Translations under genes and position numbers: made by a program
Shown here: piece by piece, positions 36,001 through 47,756 of the stretch
How positions within the stretch are numbered: position 1 is the first letter of the stretch
How the letters are laid out: the number at the start of each line of letters is the position of its first letter
The notes under the pieces: generated by a model
What the model saw: the letters and a program-made list of their open reading frames with translations, nothing else
Told to the model about the DNA's origin: nothing
Database searches by the model: none
NCBI GenBank assembly: GCA_023920165.1
Contig: CP089279.1
Location: 806,001-870,000 of the forward strand
DNA: 64,000 nucleotides
Direction: 5' to 3'
Source: Curvularia clavata
Taxonomy: Eukaryota

Positions 36001-36912
36001 CGACTACACCTATGATGGTGCGTTTTGGCTCTGCCTGCAGAAACAATTTGCTCATAGCCTTTATCCAGGTAGCGACTTCCGCATTTTCCCCGAGCGTATA
36101 GTGATGAGAGAAAGTCTGCTTGAGATTTTCTAGGATTTGAATCGATCGAGCGACGCCAGCATCAAGGACATCGGCATCTTGGAGGTCGATGACACGCCCG
36201 ATTTGTCGATCGAGAGGGACAAGGTTTTCTTGGACGTTCTTCGCCGGAGAGAATTTGGAGATGGTGCTGGAGTCGAAGGCCGTAACCGTATTCAGGATTT
36301 GATCATTTGAAAGCAAAGAAGTTTCTCCGAATGAGGACGGCGTTTCTTCCTTGACACCGTCTTGCTTCACTTCCGGTACAGTGCCGCCAGCGCAATTGCG
36401 TAATTTGGTAGATGGGCTCGCGCTATGACTACGACCTCGCTTCTGGGTTACTTGCGTGTCTGACCGTTCTCTGAATTGTAGTGCAGATGTCGAAGGTTGC
36501 GCTTCAGCTTGTGCAGGATCTACAGCCGCAAATACGACGAAACGGTCGCCTGGTTTAGTGAAGCTATCGACGGGGTCGCTGTCACTGACAACTGTATCCT
36601 TAAAGTGGAGCTGAATGGACGGCACGCGCGTGCGCTTCTGATACTGCTCACGGACTCTTTGGGCTAGTGTCTCCTACAAACTTGTTAGCATATCGAGCGA
36701 TGAACAGAGCAGTTGTACTACGCATCACACCTGCATGTAGTGTTTCGGGAGAACTTTGTACTTACCTCACTGCACTCGAACCAGTAGAAATCCGTTTTTC
36801 CCAGCTTGTCGTGCATGGATTTTCGGTGATCAAGTACGCCAATCAAATAAGGTTTGGCCTTGTGCTGAGGCGCAAGCTTTCTTGCGCGCTGCACGAAGTT
36901 ATCCCAATCCAT
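33056..36912 (-). CDS. Large dynamin-like / SLIP-GC-like GTPase, about 1254 aa; intron 36674-36765
   Basis: G1 GNTGAGKSS, G2 ACTAVVTE, G3 LVDLPG, G4 SKTD and a long helical C-terminus. A 49-codon upstream exon (MDWDNF...ECSE) splices in frame by GTAAGT...CTAAC...TAG. Confidence 0.88.
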
Positions 36913-37878
36913 CGTGATGTGATGATGGACTGGTGGTTGAAAGGTCTGTAGTTGTTGGTTGCAGTCGGGGGAATTGGAGTGAAGGGTCTTGGAGAGTAAG
37001 ATATGAAGCCTTTAGATAGCCCGTACTGCGTCATCTTACCTGCGGGGGGAGTGAAAGAGTGGCAAATAGCAAACAAACGCCGTCACGTGGTAATTGTAGC
37101 GCAGTGAAGGCGCGCTATGAATCTGATAGCACGTGACGGCGTGCGGCCAGCAGACTAGTGGTCGCTTTACATAGTCCTCTTTTTGGCGACTGCCTTATTG
37201 AGGCCCTTGTATGTTAGTCTCAAAGTGCTGTGCTCACTTCACTCACGAGGACGTCATGCTCACTTTCAAACTGTACCTACAGATGCCCAAATCAAGTGAC
37301 AGTCCCAGTACCTAGTCTTCATCCTGGAGTACGAAACCTACATGTGCTGCCTCTTTAGGATCGCCAAGTGTGCTACATTCTTATTGCATCCCTATGCGAT
37401 TTAGCAAATATGACAGTTGAGATATCTGCATGGACCATTTAGTCCTTGTTTAGCTACACGTAGAGGCCTTAAAGCAACTTTCGTTACATCATTGAGCCAT
37501 GCATGTAGTGGTACAAAACGAGAAATCGCCCAAGAATTCTAAAGAACCCCATTGAAACTCTAGTATCCGGCATGATTCATGCTTGGGTCATAAGGCATTT
37601 TCAGGGTGCGGTTCTGTAACAAAGCATATCATAGGTGTGCATGCGCTTCACATCTCAACTTGAGGGCTCTACTGAAATTGTGGGCACATTGTACAGTTTT
37701 ACTTTGTTGAAATATATGCATTGTAAATTTCATGATTGGAGAGATGCCTCTTCATTTCGAGCTTTGTCTCATGCTGTTACTGTTAAAACCAAACAATGGC
37801 CTTGTCTGCTGTATGTATACCATGCGAAAAGTTCCGCAGTGCAGATGAAAAACCTCAGTTCAATCATCGATATTAGCA

Positions 37879-39246
37879 ATGAATTCGATACCACGACAGA
37901 AGCCGACGGCCTCAGGGGCCAAATCCGGGATTAACGGAATCATCGCAGCATGCAACAAAAACGATCGTTTCAAACTCCTAGAGGATGACAGCGTTCTCCC
38001 AGGTAACTTGAACAACCCTATTCACCCTATTTTTACCAGATTAGATTGCCGAGGGCCAATGCAGCAGGCACTACGACTAGCTTCGCATTTCCTTGCTCAC
38101 GATACGCTTCTTTCCTTCTTTGTACCCTTACTGTACGGCCGAGAAGTGACAGGTGTTATTGATGGCACATTCAAAACTTACCTTTCTAATCCTTTGAACG
38201 GCACATCTACAGAGAAGCATCAAGCATATTTGTCCGGTGTACGTAGCGTTTTAGAAGCGCTCAATCAAAACCTCTCGTTTGAATTTCAAGAAGCTGGAAA
38301 GCGGGTATATGCTCGCACTTTGCTTGACGTTAGAACTTCAGCTGAACATAATTCACATAGTTATTCCAGTCGAATCGAGTTGGCGGACTTTCTCCGAAAC
38401 TACTATACTAGTGGTAAGTACGCTGCAGCGTCTCACTGCGCACAGTTTCGACACGATTTCATATTCGCCACTACGATTGTGCATGAAATTGTCCACGCCG
38501 TCGGTGTGGTACGACGGGGTAATCTGGACGAGCCATTCGTCCGGGCGGACTGCCCAGAGAGTGAATGGGGCTATAGTTGGGAGAATTTCATGTTCGGTTG
38601 TATTATCAACCTGCAAGATAAACCGGGGCTTGGGACACATCTCTTGGTGCGCAGGGCTTGGGCGGATGCTGACCTGGTCGATGAGGCTGGAGGAAAAGAG
38701 TATTCAGATGTGCCCATGTCTTACATTGCACAGTGGTTTCGCAACGAAACATGGGACATTGTGTGTGAGCAAGGACCAACTGCTATCGCTCCTCCTGTTG
38801 CACATTTCAAAATTCAGTCATCGAAAAAATTCGAGGCTTGGGTGGTACAGAGTGACCAGCTGCAGATGAAGAAAGACTTGAAACTGCTCTATGCAAGATG
38901 GAAAGAGGAGGCGAAGGAGCTTGAGAGGACATCAAGTTCTTTGATACCGCTAAAACGCCGTGGGCGGGCAAAGATCATATGGAAGCCCGTAACTACCAAG
39001 CAACTCCAGAAGAACAATGTACCCATACCGGCACGTGCAATTCCAAGCCCATGGTCTTTTCTATTTTGCTTTCAATACGGTCTAGAAAGCCAATCGGCAG
39101 GCTGCAAACACCCACAGACAGTACTTGCATGCAACAAAGCAGACAGTAAGATCGAAAGCACATGCTCCAGCCTCGATATATCGCAAAAGAGGCGTTCAAG
39201 TTCTTTGGAAGAACCTATACAGGTGAAAAGATTTAGAAAAGTATAA
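37879..39246 (+). CDS. Hypothetical zincin-like protein (HExxH)
   Basis: 455 aa ORF; FATTIVHEIVHAV followed by ESEWGYSWENFMFG. Confidence 0.72.
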   Translation: MNSIPRQKPTASGAKSGINGIIAACNKNDRFKLLEDDSVLPGNLNNPIHPIFTRLDCRGPMQQALRLASHFLAHDTLLSFFVPLLYGREVTGVIDGTFKTYLSNPLNGTSTEKHQAYLSGVRSVLEALNQNLSFEFQEAGKRVYARTLLDVRTSAEHNSHSYSSRIELADFLRNYYTSGKYAAASHCAQFRHDFIFATTIVHEIVHAVGVVRRGNLDEPFVRADCPESEWGYSWENFMFGCIINLQDKPGLGTHLLVRRAWADADLVDEAGGKEYSDVPMSYIAQWFRNETWDIVCEQGPTAIAPPVAHFKIQSSKKFEAWVVQSDQLQMKKDLKLLYARWKEEAKELERTSSSLIPLKRRGRAKIIWKPVTTKQLQKNNVPIPARAIPSPWSFLFCFQYGLESQSAGCKHPQTVLACNKADSKIESTCSSLDISQKRRSSSLEEPIQVKRFRKV

Positions 39247-39638
39247 TGCAGCATAGTAATAATATATGATTATACGAAACAATTCTTCTCATCTAGCTCC
39301 AAATTTCAATTTATGTCGTGCGATTTCAACTTCATGGTTTGGCCACTGCAGAGACTCTTCTGAACAACATGGTTGTGCGTCAATTGCTTGTGTAAAATGA
39401 TTAAGCTTTGAGTATACGATAGTTAGGTGAATTCAGAGAAAGCTGCATATCGCAAGGATGCGGCGAGCTAAAGATCATTGTCTCGGAAACTGACATCAGC
39501 AAACACCTCAATCATATCTGGAGATTCACAATTGTCTCATTTCATGAACACCAATTGCTATAATATGTGAAGATGATCAAGCGTCGTTCCTAGATTTCAT
39601 CTCTCAAAATCATCGCTTTCATCGCAATCATCTCCGTC

Positions 39639-40379
39639 ATGATGCCGTCCAGATCCAAGCTACCTTCTCGGAAAGCCCTTATCGAAAGCTTAGTTTCCAT
39701 CGCACCGTCCTCAGCAGAAGATTCCTGCTCAATATGTAAAGAAGACTATAATGAAACACATTCCCCTACCCGTCTTCCATCGTGCGGGCATGTCTTCGGA
39801 AAATCATGCCTACTGTCGTGGTTTGAGGAAGGGACAAACACATGCCCTTTGGATCGAAAACAACTTTTCGCTTCATCCATAAAAGGAGAAGAAATCGTAC
39901 GGAGACCCTTGACTCCGTTTGGCGAAGTTCGGAACCGGCCCAATGAAGTTCCGCCTAGCAACAGGGGAGACGAGCGTTTGCACCCAAGGCGTCCAAGCGT
40001 GGCCTTCGTATTGTACTCTAGCGGCGAGATCATCGCCATCGATGGCTACATAACCCCTAACGGCTGTCGACACCTAGTCCAGGATCTCTGGTATCACACT
40101 GGCTTCCTGTTTGACCGGTTGCAGTCCCACTGTGGCTTACCTGGTTCTCAGTCAGTGGGAGAAGATGACATCCACGGCTCCATCGTTGACGCACTGCCTC
40201 GAGGCATTCATATTCAGAGAGCAGCATGGCCACTCCTAATATACATTGTGAGAATGATGTTGACGTGCTACGCAACGGCGCGAGCAGAGGGTACTGAGGC
40301 GACAATGTTGACTGAGGATGTCGTGAGCTGGGAGACAGAGATTTGGACCATCTGCAGACCTGGAAACATTCGTGAGTGA
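39639..40379 (+). CDS. RING finger protein (a short extra 3' exon ending near 40471 is possible)
   Basis: CSICKEDY...LPSCGHVFGKSCLLSWF...CPLDR; GTGAGT at 40372 could open a final intron. Confidence 0.82.
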   Translation: MMPSRSKLPSRKALIESLVSIAPSSAEDSCSICKEDYNETHSPTRLPSCGHVFGKSCLLSWFEEGTNTCPLDRKQLFASSIKGEEIVRRPLTPFGEVRNRPNEVPPSNRGDERLHPRRPSVAFVLYSSGEIIAIDGYITPNGCRHLVQDLWYHTGFLFDRLQSHCGLPGSQSVGEDDIHGSIVDALPRGIHIQRAAWPLLIYIVRMMLTCYATARAEGTEATMLTEDVVSWETEIWTICRPGNIRE

Positions 40380-41456
40380 CGGGAGACGCACGCAGATTTC
40401 TCTTTGGGCACATATCTATACACTAGTACCTGACCGTTCTCATAGTTACAATCATATTTACTTTTTCTTAGACGCGAATGGTGGAAAATCACTGATGCCA
40501 TGACTCCAGACTCCTTGCACATATATGCCCTGGTGCTCATATATTTGTTTGCCACCGCAGGTATTATGGGGCTTTCATGGAGTTTATGCACAAGACTTGC
40601 TTTCATCGCGAATATGCTTGGTGAGTATGTATACCTAGATGGCCTGGGCCCAAACTACTGTGCCAGACGCTCTTGAGCATTGGTTTTCAATGAGTTGTGC
40701 TTCATGCGATGTTTACTAAGTTTCTGACTGCTTTGAAAATATGCCAAACATAAATTCTTTTTGTCCACAGCCTAGATCAACATACCCGGCTTAAGCATAA
40801 TCGAGCTGCTTACCCGGTAATCTCTGTACGCAAATGGTCAGTCGCGGCATACCTCCGGCTCTCCAACCGCCCCCACACCTCAATTGGAACGCTCGGGCCG
40901 TACGTGAGTTGTGTCTTTAATTCTCAGCAGCTTTTCAAGACGTTTGGATAGTTCAGAATTCACAAACTTATCCCTTAATCACTGAGTCTCGAGTGGCAAG
41001 TGCGTTGTCACATGATGACGTTGTAGCCGTGCTGAAGTCTCCTAGAAAGCTACGGAATTTCTGGAACGAGGCACGAGCTAACCCTGATCAGTCTTTCACC
41101 CCCCACATTTCGATCAATACCTCCAGGACAATAAAACCTTTTGACGTACGTCAATAGGCTATTCTGCTCACCTTTTAAGTGAGCAGCCTCGGTCGCACAA
41201 ACTTTCTAACAGTTTGCGCGGTGCTGGCGTTCCAAGTATTGTTCCACTTGGCCACAGTCCGGTCAAAAATCCTCACCGCCGACGATTTCTGGTTGCGCAA
41301 CAATAGCAACACCTGGATACTTTCACAACCTCACTTATCAGAAGTTGCATACCGCATTCATCTTCTGTACTCAGTACATCGAAGTCTGCCTTCCACAAGC
41401 AACGCCCACCCATAGTACCAAATCAAGTATAACAATTTGAACTGGCCTGAGCGACC

Positions 41457-44003
41457 ATGGGGCCTAGCCCAAATATCCCCTACAACCCTTCAGCCCAGGG
41501 CGCACCGCCTACACTACTTCCTGAAGAGGTGTTTGGCCATATCGATGTCGCAACCCTAGCGGACATACATCGATATCTTCGGGAAAGCGAAGCACAGGAC
41601 GACATTGACCTTGCGGCATGGATCCAGGACAACTATTTATACAGCATTGAAAAAGATCAGGCTACCGCAATCATACGCACTTCTCACGGCTTCGCCCAAT
41701 TGGATCGGGCCTATCGCCGAGTACGATCTCTCACTAACAAGGCTCAAGACAAATGGCCATTCTTCGACAAGAACTTTAAGGAGATGTCATCAGCCACTGT
41801 TAGGAACAATGCACGTGGTGAGGCCGCTCCAGGAGTGTTGTATCCGATTGATAGCCCACAGAGGGCCACACCCTCAACGCAACAGCTGGGCACGGCACCT
41901 GTATCTAACGGCTTGGATGCGCCGGATGGTGAGTACATTACACTTAAACATGACTTGCAGTAGACTGAAAAGTGGTTCTTGTAGCTTCTTCCCCAAAACT
42001 TCAGACGCCGTTTGTTCCGGTGAAGCCAAGCGGCGACCAGGGATACAAACAACAGTGTATTGGTCTAGCGCCACAGACTCCCGCTCCTCTTCCATCTCCT
42101 CCTATTCAGCGACCAGGATCTGAGACACGCTCAATTCATTCAGAAAACTCAGCGAAAGACCATTCTAATTGTTCAGGTACGTTTGTGCTCCAGAACAAAG
42201 CGCAAGTACTTTACTTTGCCCTTCTACACATTTTCATGAGTCACTATTGACAGCATTTCACCGCACAATACCTTGTTCAATCAAAAGTACTTCAAACTGA
42301 TAAGATGTACACAGAGATGAATGCCGAGGTCGAAAACCGAGCAACGATTGGATCTGAAGAGCGACAGCCCATGGCATCCTCGGTCGAAGCCATGCATGAT
42401 TCGGAAATTGGAGTGGCCCATGCTGCTATCAAAGACATTGGAACAGAAAGTCCAAGTGCTACCGAAGCAGTCCTGTCCGGCATAGATGGTGAGGACGTCA
42501 AACCGGACCACATTAGGGATGCTGGTCGTGGTAAAGTTCGTGGTCCAAATGGACAATACCTGCCGAAGGACAAGGTTCTGCCTAGTGGAAAGAAAGCCAA
42601 GAAGCCAAAAGGAAAAGGTGGTAAATCGAGTATGAAATCAGTCCAACCAAGTAAGTTTCATATATGTCTCTGGCACTGGGCGGCTTATGTCGCTGGTTCG
42701 TATAATCCAGACAGATTAGAAGCGGGGGTGACCAGAATTCTTTGTACATGGGCTAATTGCTAACGAATTTTAGGTGGAATGGATACTGTGCAATCATCTC
42801 CTGAGAAACCGGACAATATTTTTGTCCAAGTCCAGACACCTTCGACGCCTCCTCCTGATCAAAAAGCAGGGGACCAAAGCGGTGCGTATAGAATATCTGA
42901 TGAAAGTACTTTGACTAACGCACTTTAGCCACAACTGCAGCTCACATGCTTGCGGTCACCGACACCACGCCGCCTCTTACTGCTGTGAATGAGGCTGAAA
43001 ACCGTATGGTTTCATTGGCTGCGCCTACCCCTGCGTACCTCCTCGCAGCTGAAGCTGAAGCAGTGCCTTCCAACCTGGATAGGCTGCCTCCTAGTTCACG
43101 CAAAGGCATCAAGAGGAAGAGCGAGACAACTGTCCAAGAAGGAGAGCGCAAGCGTGGTAAATATGGCGGCATAGTCGGTCGCCCACGGAAATCCGAACAG
43201 CGTGAGGCCCGCAAAGGTGTCGATGAGCAAGGTCTGAAAACTGAGACCGAGTCATCCTTACAGATGACGACACGCCGCAGTGCCAGGCGTTCTGCCGTGT
43301 CGAACCTAGATGCTCCGCAATCCGCTGAAGCAACAGAAGATGCCGCAGGCAACGACTCAGAGCAAGCAAAAAACCAAGAGACAGCAGAAGATACTTCCAT
43401 CAACGAGAAGATCGCTGAGACAGAAGATGTGACTATGGGTGGTACGGAAGAGAACACAACTACCGGTCACAATGACACCTCGACTCCCGCCCGTAACTCT
43501 AGAAAGAAAGGCGCGCGTTCGTCAGCTGATGCTCAACCACCATCAGCTACGCCCAAAAACAAACATGCAACTAACGGTCCCGGTCAACGACTTAAACTCA
43601 ATCTCGATAAGACCCGGCTTGCAAGTTTAGGTGTTCAGGATGTAACGTCTCGCAAGGACATGGAGAATAAAGCAAGTAAGATTGGCAGCCGCCTTCCCTC
43701 AGCGACACACAAATCCGCGACACCTCCTAACTAAACCAAGCAGGTCCATCCATCACAGCTGCTCCTGAAGGCATCAAAAAAACCAATGGAAGGAAGAAAA
43801 CACACCATGCCGGTCACGTAGAGCTATTCGCTCGCCTGACCACTAGCAATGGCACCATCGAAGTTCCCGTCCCTGCCGACCAGCTCAACAGTGACGAAAT
43901 CAGCATGCTCGAGAAGTACGCTGAATGGAACGCGCAGCCTAATGCAGCACCAGTCCCTTATGACCAGTTCCGACAGATTGTTTCGTTCGCGAAGAAAGAT
44001 TGA
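41457..44003 (+). CDS. Multi-exon hypothetical protein, largely disordered and basic, with an AT-hook-like GRPRK; internal exon borders approximate
   Basis: Consecutive + strand ORFs are bounded by splice-like sites (GTGAGT near 41929, GTAAGT near 42651, GTAAGA near 43676). The last exon ends ...YDQFRQIVSFAKKD*. Confidence 0.6.
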
Positions 44004-44360
44004 ACAAGAGGTCTTTAGTAGTGGGGAAGGCTTTCCCAGGCTTTGCGGCGAATCTTGGAAGGAGGGAAAAAAATGTACAAATAGATGAATGGTTATTTCG
44101 TATACCTGAAATGGCTCGCGATGACACGACATGTCATGATTGCGTAGCAGGAGCTATGCGGCTACTACCATGTGGCAGGAAAAAGTCAACTTTCAGCTTT
44201 TATCAGAAACTTCAAGTTCTCATATCATAGCATCATGTATTCCATAGCTTTATATTAGTGCAAATTCTTTGTTTCTCTGAACGAATCCCATGCTTTCATG
44301 TTGCTCTTCACTCTCCATACTTTTCTTCTCTTCCCTTCTCATCCAAACATTTTTCTTCAC

Positions 44361-45125
44361 TCAGTACAAGTCCCTTCTTGTTCTCCGTCCCCGTCTCCGT
44401 CTGGACTCCATGGGAGCCCTCGTCTCACCTCTCTCAGACCGTCCATACCTCTCTTCATCGGCGCGGCTCCAGTCTCTTGTCATTGTACCGCGGACACCGC
44501 TATGGCGTGACTCTGCATTAGTATGGCCCGGTGCGCGTGTATTCATATGGCTGGGCAAGATGCTGCCACCACGAGTAGCAGTTCCTTGCGGAAAAACACT
44601 ACTACCGCGAGTGACAGTGTCTCGTGGAAAGACGGTGTCGCCGCGGGTAGTAGTGCCTGGAGGGAGGAGGCTACCGCCGCGGGTGCTGATGCCGCAGCCG
44701 AAGGTGCTGGGGCCTTCAAGTGTGTTTCCAAAGGGGCCGTTGACGGCAATATTGTAAGGGCAGCTAGGCTTGTTGCACCCGCCTGCCATAGCATGTACCT
44801 GATAATAATACCCGTCTACAATGGAGACGAGAGAGTCTACAGCGGCACCGAACTCCGCGATTGGGTTCATGGAGGGAGTGTAACGGCGGTCGCCTGGAAA
44901 CATGGTGAGTCTCAGTTGTGAGATTAGTCTTCTGCGGTGATTGATGCTTTGTAGTAGAATCGTTGTATCGTAGCGCTTTGATAATGTGTGTGGGAGAAGG
45001 AAGCCGCGGATTTGGATGCCATTTATATAGAAGGATCGTGGGTGATTGATGGCATAAGGTGTGAATTGGAATTCAATGTGTGTATAGCGATCGAAGGGGG
45101 TGGTGAGAGGTATATGTAATGTCAC
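44361..45125 (-). CDS. Hypothetical protein with four 12-aa tandem repeats
   Basis: 254 aa ORF containing GISTRGGSLLP-PGTTTRGDTVFP-RDTVTRGSSVFP-QGTATRGGSILP. Confidence 0.55.
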   Translation of the reverse strand: MTLHIPLTTPFDRYTHIEFQFTPYAINHPRSFYINGIQIRGFLLPHTLSKRYDTTILLQSINHRRRLISQLRLTMFPGDRRYTPSMNPIAEFGAAVDSLVSIVDGYYYQVHAMAGGCNKPSCPYNIAVNGPFGNTLEGPSTFGCGISTRGGSLLPPGTTTRGDTVFPRDTVTRGSSVFPQGTATRGGSILPSHMNTRAPGHTNAESRHSGVRGTMTRDWSRADEERYGRSERGETRAPMESRRRRGRRTRRDLY

Positions 45126-46831
45126 AGTGTGATTCGAGTTTGTGGGTATTTGAAGTAAATGCAGGTGTCGGAGGAGATGCTAGGGATATCGGAGGTTCTA
45201 CAATGAATTACTCACTCTTCAAGGGCATTCTTCATCAGAGTGAATACTTGATCCTGTGTTGTTCGATGCTGTATAAGCCAACGCAAGAGAACGTGATACA
45301 CTCGTTGTGTTTGAAGTCACGTGCATTCCTTTACCATGCATCAGATCTCCAATCATTTACCTGGAGGACTGAGAGCCTGACAATACAGCTACTAAAGCAT
45401 CGGATCATCTTATATCGTGTTCATTTACACTATTGTCATACACGCACTGTTTCTCTCCAGTTCTTATCACAAGCATAATCAGCAAAACCATAGCCAGTCA
45501 GCCAGCGATAATCCTCTCCTAAAGAAGCAATGTGGCATCAAAGGTTATTTAGTAGCGGGCCCGAAGATCGAGCGTCGGCATCTGCCGTTGCGGGCGCAAT
45601 GCGGACACACCGGAGAGTAGGGCCGAAGGTGTTGGTCCCTTCAAAATTGCGTAATTCATCAACCGTTTGAACTGGAATCTCAGGTCACTCAGGGACACCA
45701 TCTCCATACCCACTATGCATGAAATTAGCATGGCTCTTCCATCCGTGCGGTGGTCAGCCAGTTATATGGCATTGGGTACGCCGCGCCGCATTGATGTACT
45801 ACCACAATTGTTGTCAATGCGAAACTCCTCAGACGTCAATTCTGTGGCGAGAACAGTCTTTTCCTAGCTGTATCAGGCTGCATGCATCTGGATTTGCCCT
45901 CTTTCAAAGCTAGGTATTGGTCGAAGCAGCGGTTGATGTGAATAGTTATCCTGCAATCACACGCACGTACGTGATGGTCCTCAGTCAAGCATAACCCGCT
46001 TCATTAGTATACTTGATGTGTGATGGGTTGATTCTACAATCATGACAAATTCCTAAATATGGATTGTGGGCTGGGGAAAACGGGGACCGTCGGGCCTTGC
46101 AGGTGGTTGATGGTAGTCGATGCAGGATGGATTGCTGTTTCCTATATGTTCCAACTGACCTCCACGTTGTTTCTCTAATATCTGGATGATGTGCACGGTG
46201 AATTGCACTGCTGCTTTTCCCTTGCATATAGGAATTTTCTTTGACACAAGTAGACAACATACAGCGGCCAGGCTGTAGAGACATACTTTTGAGTGATTCG
46301 GCGATGACGACAGCAACAACTTGGGTTGTGGGGTAACTCATCCGTACACGGTAGCGGGTAGGATGAGCCACTGGTCGAATAGGATTGCGATACCCCATTC
46401 CTGAGGTTCCGAACGCCCCGCACTCCAAGCGATGAGATATACGAGGCTTGGATAGCAAGGCTGAGGAGGATGGAGACCGCCCCGCTGGTGAGCGTCACGC
46501 CCAAGTGTGTGTTTCAACGCTTATTCGCTGAAGTAACCATGCCTCAGTGGATGAAATTTAGGCTAGCGTTACAACGCAACAGTCCAGCAATCTGAAGTTC
46601 CCATGTGCTGCTTGATAAACAGTGATGCGAGGCTGATTCATAGCTGTGGACACAGTGATGACGCCGACTGAGATAGGAGGGGCTTAGCACAAAGAGTGAC
46701 TATGTACGTGGACCGTCAGCAGCCAAGACACCGATCAGGATGAGAGTGAGCAAGAAATGGATAGAATCTGGACATACCTGAGCAGATTCCAAAGTCAAGC
46801 CATGGTGTTTCTGGGTGTGATGGTCGGGGCT

Positions 46832-46848
46832 GGGGGGGGGGGGGGGGG
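46832..46848 (+). repeat. G17 homopolymer with flanking G-runs
   Basis: ggggct(g)17caatgacaggggg. Confidence 0.85.
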
Positions 46849-47756
46849 CAATGACAGGGGGTGGATAATGGGGCCTCGGTTAGTTAGTAGCACCATGTAG
46901 TTTGGACGCCGCTGTCTATAATTAGCAGAGGCAGTGCACGCGCGCTGTGTCTTTCATCTCATTGTGGATGGTCGCCTTTTTTGTCGCCACTGCCACCTGC
47001 ACGACTTGTTGCATTGCCAGAGAGCCGAGGGATGGTATCCGCGTGCCCATCCCACGATCCGTACCCGCTCAGAGCTCAGGTGGCCGACTGGGTAGACCAA
47101 GACCGAGTAGCATGGACCAGCTTGAGCCTCACCGCTTGCTCCGCACACTCTATGCCGCCGACAAACGGCGCATTAGCAGCAGAGCTTCTATGCCGTATCC
47201 GTGTCGACGATGATAAGCGTCATGTGAGCCTTGGCCTGAGGAGGAGTCAGGCCAGCAAGCCGGGCCAAAACCCTCTCAGATAGTCCGCGACATGAACAGT
47301 CCAAACTCTACTCCCCTTTCGCCTTTCAGCTGGGCTTTGCCCCCGCACCCTTCTGGCTGGTATCATCATGACATGCACCCGACCAGGCGATTTTTGGATC
47401 CTGCAGTAAGGATGCTCCCTTGCCACATTTACACATAGTAGCCATTGATCACTTTCCGCCCTGCCCCTGCGCGCTCTTGGCTACGCCACACGAGCCGCTT
47501 CGCCCATATACTTCGCTATCGTCCCGTCTGAGAATGCTGCACCTCCGATACGTTGGAGCCATGAAAGAATTTGTCTTGTCTGACTGCGGTTCGGTTGCTG
47601 GGAATTTCTGAATTCCTCCGAATACTACAGTTGCAGTAGCGCACCGCCGTCACGCTGCGTCCAGCACTACAAAACCACCACCCCCTTGGGCCTAGCCTAC
47701 ACACACCCAGGCGCCCAGCCCTGCATTCATCTGCATGCGACCCAGCTTTCTTTGAC

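Noticed and set aside
45200..47700. Many short ORFs in a gene-poor interval; possible transposon relic
   Set aside because: No transposase or RT motif, terminal repeats or convincing splice chain could be found.
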